64,000 bases of DNA from an uncultured Rhodobacteraceae bacterium (GTDB lineage Bacteria; Pseudomonadota; Alphaproteobacteria; Rhodobacterales; Rhodobacteraceae). Each line of letters opens with the position of its first letter. Positions within the stretch are counted from its first letter, which is position 1. The position numbers were made by a program, and so were the translations under genes. Where the stretch lies: the NCBI GenBank assembly GCA_938092015.1, contig CALKOT010000013.1, positions 1,109-65,108 on the forward strand, written 5' to 3'. This document shows, piece by piece, positions 55,171 to 63,763 of this stretch. Below the pieces are notes generated by a model, which saw only the letters and a list, made by a program, of their open reading frames with translations, was not told where the DNA came from and ran no database searches.

Positions 55171-56391
55171 TTACACGTCTTCACCGCGTCGTCCGCTTCT
55201 GAAAAACCTTGCTATCGTGAAGGTTGTGCGTGGGACGTACACATGCGCGGTCTTCGTGGTTGAAATGGCGCGGCGGGTCATCCTCCACAAGCTGAATAGG
55301 ATCAGAATGACGTGTGCCGCTGCGATATAGATGAACAGGGATGACGCCCCATAGACCTCAATCAATGTGGCGGCCACCAGTGGGGACACGATGGCGCCGA
55401 CCGCGTAAAGGAACATCAGCGCGGCGTTTAGCTCAACAATTTCTTCCGGTTTGGCAAAATCGTTGGCATGGGCCACAGCGATTGAGAACATTGGCAAAGC
55501 CACAGCGCCAAATGCGAAGATGGCGACATATGCCAGCGATCCGGTGACCGCGTCACCCGCCGCGATGATCGCAGTGCTGACGAAAATCGCCCCTGCTGAC
55601 AAGCCGATGACCACCCAGCGGCGGTTAAACTTGTCTGACAACCACCCCGCAGGCCACTGCGCCATCGCTCCGCCCGCGATCCCGGCCGCCATGAACAACG
55701 CGACCTCAGCCACTTTTAACCCGCTATCAAGGGCGTAGAGCGGCCCAACCATTCGGAAGGATGAGTTCGTCAGTCCAGTCGTGATCACAGTGGTCGCAGC
55801 GAATGCCGACAGCATCATCACACGCAAAGGCCTCAGGCGCGGCGTTGCGGGGGCAGGGGGCGGTTTTGTGGTGGTCAGCGTTAGCGGCAGCACGCACAGG
55901 CAGCAGATCATCGCGATGATATTGTAGGCGATGGAACTACTTGGATCGAGAACTGCGACCAGCCCCTGCGCGCCAATTGCCGCCGTCATATCGACTATTC
56001 GATAGATACCCAGAACCCGGCCCCGGCTTTCATTCGTGACTTTCGCCTGCATCCAGCTTTCGACAACTGTTTAGGCGCCAGCCACCGCCACACCGCTGCC
56101 GACGCGAAGTACAGCCCAGGCGATGGGATGTTCCAACACTGGATGCAACAGGGCTGATATCGCGCCGATTGCGGCCAGCGCCGCAAAGGCACGCGAATGG
56201 CCAACACCGCCCATCAGACGCGGTGTGGCCCAGCAGCCGATGAAAAAACCAAGAAAATGCGCTGACCCCAAAAAGCCGATCTCGGCCGAAGTGAACATCA
56301 GCGCCCGACCGGCCAGCGCATCCAAAGGGCCCAGCACACCGGACCCCAGCTGCACCAAAGCAACTGACAGGAAAAGGGCGGCAAAGGACAT
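55171..56391 (-). pseudogene. MFS transporter interrupted by an in-frame TAA
   Basis: ORFs 56071..56391 and 55171..56052 are in the same frame, and the read-through gives ...VGSGVAVAGA*TVVESWMQAKVTNESRGRVLGIY.... The stop at 56071-56073 falls inside the conserved MFS loop/TM region. The combined length is about 406 codons with 12 hydrophobic segments. Confidence 0.75.
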
Positions 56392-56562
56392 GAGCGTGCG
56401 CCTGAAACCAGCTTTCCAGACGACCCTTACGCCCCTCTGCGGGGGGAATCACGCATAAACACGTCATCGACATGGCGGTTTTCTCCCAAAGCGTCGCCTC
56501 GCCGCCTTGCCGCCATCGCTGCATCCTCTTAGATGACGGCAGGTATAGATGAAGGACGCAGA

Positions 56563-58347
56563 ATGGCCACCGATAAGGCTGCGCGTGAGGCGCGAGAAAA
56601 ATCCAAAACGATCGGGCCGCTAAAAGCGCTGGGGCCGTTTCTGGCGCCTTATCGCCTGAATGTCGTTCTGGCGGTTTTCGCCCTGATTTCGACCGCGGGT
56701 CTCAGCCTGATCCTGCCGCTTGCTGTTCGTCGCGTCATCGACGGTTTCGCAGAGAAAAGCGATTTGTTGCTGAACCAGTATTTTGCTGCAGCCGTTGGCA
56801 TCGCCGCCGCACTCGCCATTGCGACAGCGCTCCGCTTCTGGTTGGTAACGTGGCTGGGTGAGCGCGTCGTCGCTGACATCCGCAAGGCCGTCTATGACCG
56901 CGTCATCGGGATGAGCCCTGAGTTCTTTGAAAAGCTGATGACCGGTGAGGTGATCTCTCGTCTGACGACGGATACGACGCTAATTCTGTCGGTGATTTCT
57001 TCATCAGTTTCAATCGCTTTGCGCAATGTTCTGATGCTGTTTGGCGGCTTTGCGCTGATGATCTGGACCAGCCCTAAACTGGCGGGTTTCACGTTCTTGA
57101 TCGTACCGCTGGTAGTCTTTCCCATCCTCGTTCTAGGCCGGAAAGTTCGCAAGCTTAGCCGCATCAGCCAGGACCGTGTCGCCGACAGCTCAGCCCAGGC
57201 GTCAGAGACTTTGGGCGCCGCACAGACCGTTCAGGCCTACACCGCCGAGACGCCCAGCCGCGCTGGGTTTGGGGGGCTGACAGAGCAGGCGTTTGAGGCG
57301 TCGCGCAAGCGCATCATCATCCGCGCGTTCATGACGGCGATTGTCATTTTCTTAGTTTTCACCAGCATCGTCGGCGTCCTCTGGATTGGCGCGACAGACG
57401 TCCGGGCTGATCTGATGAGCCCGGGTGAGTTGGCGCAATTCCTGATCTATTCCGTTCTGGTCGCCGGCGCCGTCGCCGCGCTGTCTGAAGTGTGGGGAGA
57501 GCTTCAGCGCGCCGCAGGGGCAACCGAACGACTGGTGGAACTGTTGCAAGCCAAGGACCCTGTGTCTGATGCTGCAAGCGCATCACTGCCTGCTGTGTCA
57601 GACGGCGCGATCCGCTTTGAGAATATCAGCTTTCGTTATCCAGCCCGACCGACCATCACCGCACTGGACGGTGTCTCGCTAAACGTCCGGCCTGGCGAGA
57701 CGGTCGCGTTGGTTGGCGCATCAGGCGCAGGAAAAACCACGATATTTCAACTACTTCAACGGTTTTATGATCCTGATGATGGAAAGGTGGTTGTCGACGA
57801 TGTCGATATCACCGACACGACCCGCAAGGATTTGCGCGAACGCTTGGCGCTTGTTCCGCAGGACCCGGTCATCTTTGCAACCTCTGCCCGTGAGAACATT
57901 CGCTTTGGCCGCCCCGGCGCCACAGATGCAGAGGTTGAGGATGCCGCTCGTGCGGCTGCAGCGCATGACTTCATCGTTGCCCTTCCCGAAGGCTATAACA
58001 GCTTTGTTGGGGAACGCGGCGTGATGCTGTCAGGTGGTCAGAAACAACGTATCGCCATCGCTCGCGCCATCCTGCGTGATGCGCCAATCTTGCTGCTTGA
58101 TGAGGCGACATCAGCGTTGGACGCGGAAAGCGAACGTGCCGTGCAGCAGGCTGTTGCAGCCTTGTCCAAAGACCGAACGACGCTGGTTATCGCGCACCGT
58201 CTTGCGACGGTAAAGCAAGCGGACCGCATTGTGGTGATGGAAGGTGGGCGCATTGTCGCCGAAGGCCCACATGATCAGCTCGTTGCCGAAGATGGTCTCT
58301 ATGCACGCCTTGCACGTTTGCAGTTCACTGCAGATGAAGCGGCCTAG
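56563..58347 (+). CDS. ABC exporter, fused permease/ATPase (MsbA/ATM1-like)
   Basis: Six-TM domain followed by an NBD with Walker A GASGAGKTT, signature LSGGQKQRIAIARA and Walker B LLLDEATSALD. The ATG at 56563 (MATDKAAREA...) is preferred; 56533 is possible. Confidence 0.9.
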   Translation: MATDKAAREAREKSKTIGPLKALGPFLAPYRLNVVLAVFALISTAGLSLILPLAVRRVIDGFAEKSDLLLNQYFAAAVGIAAALAIATALRFWLVTWLGERVVADIRKAVYDRVIGMSPEFFEKLMTGEVISRLTTDTTLILSVISSSVSIALRNVLMLFGGFALMIWTSPKLAGFTFLIVPLVVFPILVLGRKVRKLSRISQDRVADSSAQASETLGAAQTVQAYTAETPSRAGFGGLTEQAFEASRKRIIIRAFMTAIVIFLVFTSIVGVLWIGATDVRADLMSPGELAQFLIYSVLVAGAVAALSEVWGELQRAAGATERLVELLQAKDPVSDAASASLPAVSDGAIRFENISFRYPARPTITALDGVSLNVRPGETVALVGASGAGKTTIFQLLQRFYDPDDGKVVVDDVDITDTTRKDLRERLALVPQDPVIFATSARENIRFGRPGATDAEVEDAARAAAAHDFIVALPEGYNSFVGERGVMLSGGQKQRIAIARAILRDAPILLLDEATSALDAESERAVQQAVAALSKDRTTLVIAHRLATVKQADRIVVMEGGRIVAEGPHDQLVAEDGLYARLARLQFTADEAA

Positions 58348-58377
58348 AATGTTACACCTAACTGGGGTTTCTTCTTG

Positions 58378-58566
58378 ATGGATCCAATTACAAGCGTCCT
58401 TGTTGGCCTAGGCATTCTGGTGGTGATTGTCGTGCTATTCGGAGGCGCCATTCAGACGTTCAAACGTCAGCCGATTGTCGCAATCCTGTGCGTGATTTTC
58501 TTGCTGCCGATCTGGATCATTTGGGCAATTATTGAGATATTTCTACCCGATCCTGACCACCGTTAA
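58378..58566 (+). CDS. hypothetical small two-TM membrane protein
   Basis: 62 aa from the ATG at 58378: MDPITSVLVGLGILVVIVVLFGG...VAILCVIFLLPIWIIWAIIEIF. It lies 30 nt after the ABC exporter stop. Coding status unproven. Confidence 0.4.
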   Translation: MDPITSVLVGLGILVVIVVLFGGAIQTFKRQPIVAILCVIFLLPIWIIWAIIEIFLPDPDHR

Positions 58567-58704
58567 GGGGGTTGGATTTGCCCTAAGACGCGAACCTGAT
58601 CTTGAAGCTGCGCTTTGAATACAGTCGATGTAGCCATTGCGATCAGATCGAGTTGGGCAGGAGTAAATCATGAACGAACTGTGGCACCCACACTGTGACT
58701 TTAT

Positions 58705-58746
58705 ATAGATCAATGGCTTAGGGCTACTTTCACATGTGAAAGGTTT
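58705..58746 (-). repeat. copy 3 of the conserved stop-proximal element (minus strand: AAACCTTTCACATGTGAAAGTAGCCCTAAGCCATTGATCTAT)
   Basis: Starts 19 nt after the gspD stop codon on the minus strand. It contains a perfect 16-bp palindrome, CTTTCACATGTGAAAG. Confidence 0.55.
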
Positions 58747-58765
58747 TAGGCCTTATCTCATGACC

Positions 58766-60823
58766 TTAGTTCGTGCCTGACAGGTCAGGCAGTTTCGTGC
58801 GCCCTGGCTGGCGCAGTTTTGGCCGCTCTTTCGAAAGGGCTATGATGGCATCGAACTGCCCTCTTAGTCGTTCGGTCAGATCTTCGGCCTGCTCTGGCGC
58901 TGAAAGGATATGGGGGCGCAAAAGAGCCAGCAATTCGGTCCGTCCAGCCGTCTCAGCCCGGCGGCCGAAGGCGGCGCCAACCACCGGTACGTCGCTCAGA
59001 ATTGGAATGCCGCGCCGGCTGCCCGATGAGCTGTCCTGGATCAAGCCACCCAGTACAACAGTCTGCCCATCACGGATCGTCACATCGGTCGAAACCGAAC
59101 GCCGCGAGATCGTCGGACTGTCGATCCCAGACGATACAGTAGGTGACACCGAAGAGATTTCCTGGTCCACCAACAGCGAAACATAACCGCCGGAATTCAC
59201 CCTTGGCGTCACTGTCAATGAGACGCCCGTATCGCGGTATTCCACGGCATTCACGATCCGCGCATCAACGGAAGTTCCCTCTGCCGTGCGGGTCACGATC
59301 GGCACCTGATCGCCGATCTGCAAGGTGGCGCTTTGGTTGTCGCGCACAAGCAGTTTCGGGGACGATATCACTGTGACGTCGGAAACATCATCCAATGCCT
59401 CAATGATCGCTTCAGCCCCCAAGTTAGTGCCGATGGTAAAGGCGAAACCGGGCAATTCAGCGGTGATACCGCCGGTCCCGTTACTGTCCAGAACCACCCC
59501 GCCCGAACGGTTGGTGCCAAAGAGGTTTCCGGTAGAAAAGGCGTACTGGACGCCATAGCGAAGGTTGTCGCCCAGCGTTACTTCAAGGATTGTTGTCTCA
59601 ACCAAAACCTGCAGTGGCGCCGCATCCAGCTGACGGATCAGATCCACCAATGTGTCGAACTGGCGTGAAGCGGCAGAAATGACGAGTGCGTTTTTCTCAG
59701 CGTCGACCACGATCCGGGGCGCAGGTTCGCCACGCAGTGTAATCGGGTTAATTGCGACGTCTCCTTCCTCCGTCGCGGGCGATCCCGCGAAGAGGGCGTT
59801 CAGCGATTCCGCGAGCGTACCCGCGGGGCGGTTCTGAACGCGATAGACAAACAGGCGCTGCGCCTCAGCCTCGCGTGGTCGATCAAGTCGACGCACCCAG
59901 GCAAAAGCCCGGTCCAGCGTCGCGCCGTCGCGGGCCAGCAACATCACTGCGCCGAGACGTTCTAACGGAACAATCCGAAGGCCACCTGCACGAATGGTTG
60001 CGGTCCCCTCGCGGACACCAGGCGCCGCGTCGCCGCCGAACACGCCTGCAAGTTCTGCCGCCAGATCACCAGCTGGGGCGTTTTCCAGCCCCACCAGCAT
60101 CACAGAGTTTCCTGAAAGCGCATCAACATCCAGCGCCTCAATCGTGGCGCGGGCCAGATCAATCTCATCAGGCGTACCAGTGACAAGCACGGCGTCGCCG
60201 CCCGCAGAAACCGTGCGGATCTGATCTGTTGGCAAGGCAAGTTCAAGCGCCTTGGCGATCTCATCGGCTGGAATGTTCTTCAATGGGAAAAGGGTCGCCC
60301 CACCAGGGCCGGCTGATGAAGCCGTCGAAACGCGATAGACGTTCCCGGTTTCCGACAATGCCAATCCGCGCGTGTTCAATGCCGCACGAAAGCTTTCCAG
60401 CAACTGGGCAGGCGCTTGATTGTCAGCGCGCAGGCTGATCGTCCCTGCAAGCCCCGGATCGACGACGTAAGGCAGTGATAGAGCGTCGCCAAGGATCAGG
60501 GCCGCAGCGTCGGCGACCGCGGCATTCTGCAGGTTCAAACTGATCGGCGGGCCAGATGGGCGCGGCGCGCCGGACAGGGTCGTGGCGCCCGGTGTACCGG
60601 CGCGGCTTTGACCCAGCAGATTGCCGCCAGCGCGGGGCCGACCGCCGCGCGCTTCTGCAATCACGGATGCCGGGGCAGGCGGGTTACTGGCCGCGGTCGG
60701 CTTTGCAGCGCCATCACCCAGATGGCCGGCATTAGAGAGGTCAGGAGCTGGGCCTTGCCCCTTAACGCATGCAGTCAAGCTGAACGCGACGGCCGCGATA
60801 GTCAGAATTGGTTTGATATTCAT
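58766..60823 (-). CDS. gspD: type II secretion system secretin GspD, apparently lipidated
   Basis: 685 aa. Lipobox signal MNIKPILTIAAVAFSLTAC, a Pro/Ala/Gly-rich linker, N-domains, and the secretin C-domain (VVLGGLIQDSSSGSRRGIPILSDVPVVGAAFG). Confidence 0.9.
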   Translation of the reverse strand: MNIKPILTIAAVAFSLTACVKGQGPAPDLSNAGHLGDGAAKPTAASNPPAPASVIAEARGGRPRAGGNLLGQSRAGTPGATTLSGAPRPSGPPISLNLQNAAVADAAALILGDALSLPYVVDPGLAGTISLRADNQAPAQLLESFRAALNTRGLALSETGNVYRVSTASSAGPGGATLFPLKNIPADEIAKALELALPTDQIRTVSAGGDAVLVTGTPDEIDLARATIEALDVDALSGNSVMLVGLENAPAGDLAAELAGVFGGDAAPGVREGTATIRAGGLRIVPLERLGAVMLLARDGATLDRAFAWVRRLDRPREAEAQRLFVYRVQNRPAGTLAESLNALFAGSPATEEGDVAINPITLRGEPAPRIVVDAEKNALVISAASRQFDTLVDLIRQLDAAPLQVLVETTILEVTLGDNLRYGVQYAFSTGNLFGTNRSGGVVLDSNGTGGITAELPGFAFTIGTNLGAEAIIEALDDVSDVTVISSPKLLVRDNQSATLQIGDQVPIVTRTAEGTSVDARIVNAVEYRDTGVSLTVTPRVNSGGYVSLLVDQEISSVSPTVSSGIDSPTISRRSVSTDVTIRDGQTVVLGGLIQDSSSGSRRGIPILSDVPVVGAAFGRRAETAGRTELLALLRPHILSAPEQAEDLTERLRGQFDAIIALSKERPKLRQPGRTKLPDLSGTN

Positions 60824-61299
60824 TCGGTCCCCGCACCCTTAACCGGAGCGACGACCGTGTCTCCGCCATTTCTGAAGGTCAAGGATTCGAGCGTGATATC
60901 AACCACATCGGCATCACCCACGCGGTCGCCGACGCGGATACGCAGCAATGTGCCGTCAGTTGCGTCCCGAAGCATCGCTACCGCCTTGTCGCCAAGTTTA
61001 ACGACGCCGGCGATCTCGTAACGCCCGAACAACATGTTCGCCATCGGATCTTCTATAGGTTCACCTGGCGCTTCAGGCGGCGGCGGCCGGCGGGCCGCAG
61101 AAAAGAGGGGTCGCTTCTGAAACGCGCCAATTTCGCCTGCAGTTGCAGGGGCAGGAACAGTGGGCAGCGTCATGGGCGCAGGTGTGCTGACTTCACCTTC
61201 TTGCGACACATTTGCAGAAACGCCCAGCCAGGGCAGAGCTGCAATCCAGCCAAAGCCTGCCGCTGTAAGAATAAGAAGAAAGGGGGCAAGCAATTTCAT
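60820..61299 (-). CDS. T2SS accessory protein, GspC/GspN/PilP-like (TM anchor plus beta-rich C-terminal domain)
   Basis: 159 aa. N-terminal anchor, Pro-rich linker, and a C-terminal segment (YEIAGVVKLGDKAVAMLRDATDGTLLRIRVGDRVGDADVVDITLESLTF) that resembles PilP/GspC HR domains. It sits immediately upstream of the secretin gene with a 4-nt overlap. Confidence 0.5.
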   Translation of the reverse strand: MKLLAPFLLILTAAGFGWIAALPWLGVSANVSQEGEVSTPAPMTLPTVPAPATAGEIGAFQKRPLFSAARRPPPPEAPGEPIEDPMANMLFGRYEIAGVVKLGDKAVAMLRDATDGTLLRIRVGDRVGDADVVDITLESLTFRNGGDTVVAPVKGAGTE

Positions 61300-61934
61300 T
61301 CTTCTGGCGCTTCCCGGATGATAGCGCCGATTAGGACCCGCGCGCTTAGACGGTCCGTTTCCTGATCCGCTCTAGAGGTCTTAGCGGTGATATCCAGCGT
61401 CGCGGCGCGCAAAACCGGGCGGGCCTGCTCAATCGCCATCAGGAAACGGGCTATGCCTTGATGATCGGCGACGATCCGGGCTTCAGCAGCCAGAATTGAC
61501 ATGCCAGATCCATCGACAAGATCGAATAGGCGCGCTTCGCCCCGATAAACGTCGATTGGGGCTGTCGCGGTCAGTTTGACATCGGACGCCTGAGCGATCA
61601 GCCGGACTGATGATAATAGATCCAACATGGCTGCATTCCGCGTACCCACAGGGGCGTGGGTCGCCAGATAGGCTGTCGCTTCTGCGATCACGGCTGGGGA
61701 TGGTGCGGCGATCTCAGCTTCCGCCAGGCGTTCAGCCGCTGCATCCCGCAGGGCCGCCGACCTGAGGTCGAGATTTGCAGCAGTGCGACGGGCATCCGCT
61801 AATCGTTCCATCAGGGGCAGGGCAATGAGAAGGGCGCAAAGACCGATCGCAACAATCAATGCCAGAAGGGCAGTCAGCCGCGCGGCCGCGCTGTCCGTAC
61901 GCATCTTGCGCCAGAAAGAGATAGACGCGCTCAT
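61296..61934 (-). CDS. gspM: T2SS protein GspM-like
   Basis: 212 aa with a single TM helix near the N-terminus (LTALLALIVAIGLCALLIALPL). Assigned by its position between the gspL-like and secretin-proximal genes; 4-nt overlaps on both sides. Confidence 0.55.
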   Translation of the reverse strand: MSASISFWRKMRTDSAAARLTALLALIVAIGLCALLIALPLMERLADARRTAANLDLRSAALRDAAAERLAEAEIAAPSPAVIAEATAYLATHAPVGTRNAAMLDLLSSVRLIAQASDVKLTATAPIDVYRGEARLFDLVDGSGMSILAAEARIVADHQGIARFLMAIEQARPVLRAATLDITAKTSRADQETDRLSARVLIGAIIREAPEE

Positions 61935-62902
61935 TCACCCGACCTCGGTAATATGTCCAGGGTCGCGCGCTGTTGCGTGTCAGCCTCTGCTCGGGCTGAA
62001 CCTTTCAAGCGCGCCGAAACAAACGCAGGATCACCGCCGATCTTCACCGCAAGGGCGGCGGCGTCTGGCGATACGAACTCTCCAGAAATGCTGTCTGGTC
62101 GAATGTTGAGCCGCTTCAAGAAAGCATCGTCTGGCGTTGCGGTCGATAGCGCTGCTAGTCGACCAACTACCGAAGGCGTACGGTCAAGAGCAGCGCCAAC
62201 GATTTGGGCTTGCCGAAGAGGGCCTGCTGCAGTCTCTCGTCTTTCTAATGCGTCAGCTGCCTTGGCCTCTGCTGCGTCCAATTCTATGCGTGCCATATTC
62301 AGGCGGGATTGTGCTGCGGTTTCTATTTCCGACGCGCCGTAGTTAACTGAAATGGCCGCCAAGATTGCAGCGACGGTTGCGATCAGACCGCATGCTATCG
62401 TGGAACGAGAGCGGGGTGCCTCGCCCAACATCACGGCCTCACCGTCGACCAATGCGAACCCTTGGCCTGGGCGGGCCCCGACCGCTTTCAGCTTTGCCTT
62501 GATGTCGTCGATCCGTTGGCGTGGGATTGCGACTAGCGTCCAGTCCGCGCCCGTTTCAGTCCAAGCATTGCGAGTGGGAGCCAAGGAAAACGCGCCGTCC
62601 TCCAATGGAAAGGGACAGGCCTTTGCGGCCTCTAACCGCGCCGCGGATGGGCCATAGATCGCCGCCTCAGGAGAAACTTGAATAACTGTATTTAGGACAC
62701 TGTTTTCGTTCAAGTAAATTAGAAATTTGTCGCCAGATTTAGCGAGCCTGTGGTTGCTGAAGTCGCGCCCATCGTGTTGCATTACAATGGGCGAACCATC
62801 GTGCAGGCCAAGCGCCTCACGCGGCGCATTCGCGCTACCAAGGTTTGTTTCAACCTCACGCAGCCAGCGCACAAAATCCCTTATCAGTTCAATTCTGCTC
62901 AT
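61931..62902 (-). CDS. gspL: T2SS protein GspL-like
   Basis: 323 aa. A cytoplasmic N-domain, a central TM helix (IACGLIATVAAILAAISV) and a periplasmic C-domain. The position and topology fit GspL. Confidence 0.55.
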   Translation of the reverse strand: MSRIELIRDFVRWLREVETNLGSANAPREALGLHDGSPIVMQHDGRDFSNHRLAKSGDKFLIYLNENSVLNTVIQVSPEAAIYGPSAARLEAAKACPFPLEDGAFSLAPTRNAWTETGADWTLVAIPRQRIDDIKAKLKAVGARPGQGFALVDGEAVMLGEAPRSRSTIACGLIATVAAILAAISVNYGASEIETAAQSRLNMARIELDAAEAKAADALERRETAAGPLRQAQIVGAALDRTPSVVGRLAALSTATPDDAFLKRLNIRPDSISGEFVSPDAAALAVKIGGDPAFVSARLKGSARAEADTQQRATLDILPRSGE

Positions 62903-62962
62903 GATCGTCCTTGCTGTTCCAGCGCCATGATAGGCGGCATGGCTGCTCTGTCCATGGTTTGG

Positions 62963-63763
62963 TCATCGCCATGAAAGGAACCGGATCGGAATACGGGGCG
63001 ATACTGTGCGCTCGATCACAACGGTCAGTGCGGCGCGACCACCGCCTTCGGTTTCTACACGGACAGACAGTCGCGCTACGCGACCCTCTGAGCGGCGCAA
63101 TGATGAAAGATCAGCTTCGGGTGGCAAAGGCGTCAATGGGCCTTCGAAAGCGCGTGTAGCGACGTATGACTGCGCAACGTTAAGCGGCAGGTCAGCTGCA
63201 GCGGCCAGCGCTGGCGCCGTCGCGGTCGTTGGATCTACCCCAGGTTCGCCCGACCAGACGGTTGCGTGGGTCAGAGCTGCCTTTGCAGAACTTTCAAAGC
63301 CTGGAGGGGTCGCAGAAAGCACGTCCTCCAATGCAGTAAAGCCGCGTCTGCCGTTGGTTGGTCTGCCTTCCGTCCATGCTTCTGCAATAATCTCTGCATC
63401 GGCCGGGTCTGTGCCGGTGGCGATCAGTAAGCGGACTAAAGTTTCCCTTGAAGCAAGGTTGATGTCTATCAGACCTAGCGCATCCTGGGCAGATATCGTC
63501 AGGGCCGCTCCCTGAAAGTTTGTTGCGACAACGCCGCCGTCGCGAGGGGCCTGGGCACGCTCTTCCGGTCGCGTGAACGCCACTGCGATTCGATGAACGG
63601 CTGCTTCGGCTGTGCGTTCCGCCTTGGCCCGTTCGATGGCAGCTGTCGCGCGGGCAGCGGGCGCAGTCGTTAGCGTCAATGCTGAAGCGGCCAGAGCGCT
63701 AATCAAGGCTAGGCCACCCAAGGCGATCAAAAACGCCGCGCCCTTTTCCGACCGCTTCCTCAT
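62963..63763 (-). CDS. gspK: T2SS minor pseudopilin GspK
   Basis: The ATG at 63763 gives MRKRSEKGAAFLIALGGLALISALA (pseudopilin-like hydrophobic N-terminus) and a helix-hairpin-helix-like region (LIDINLASRETLVRLLIATG). ATGA overlap with the upstream partial gene. Confidence 0.7.
   Translation of the reverse strand: MRKRSEKGAAFLIALGGLALISALAASALTLTTAPAARATAAIERAKAERTAEAAVHRIAVAFTRPEERAQAPRDGGVVATNFQGAALTISAQDALGLIDINLASRETLVRLLIATGTDPADAEIIAEAWTEGRPTNGRRGFTALEDVLSATPPGFESSAKAALTHATVWSGEPGVDPTTATAPALAAAADLPLNVAQSYVATRAFEGPLTPLPPEADLSSLRRSEGRVARLSVRVETEGGGRAALTVVIERTVSPRIPIRFLSWR

Noticed and set aside
58682-58698. TGGCAC-N5-CTGT, resembling a sigma-54 -24/-12 promoter.
   Set aside because: The -12 element (TTGC) is absent, and the site lies in a convergent intergenic region with no downstream gene to drive.
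58724-58746. Interpreting the TTTCACATGTGAAA palindrome of the three-copy element as a dif/Xer recombination site, since the arms resemble the outer XerC/XerD half-sites TTTCGCATAA / TTATGTGAAA.
   Set aside because: The arms abut directly, with no ~6-bp central region and no ATAA/TTAT inner parts. Three copies in 64 kb is also incompatible with a single chromosomal dif. It is kept only as a remote analogy.
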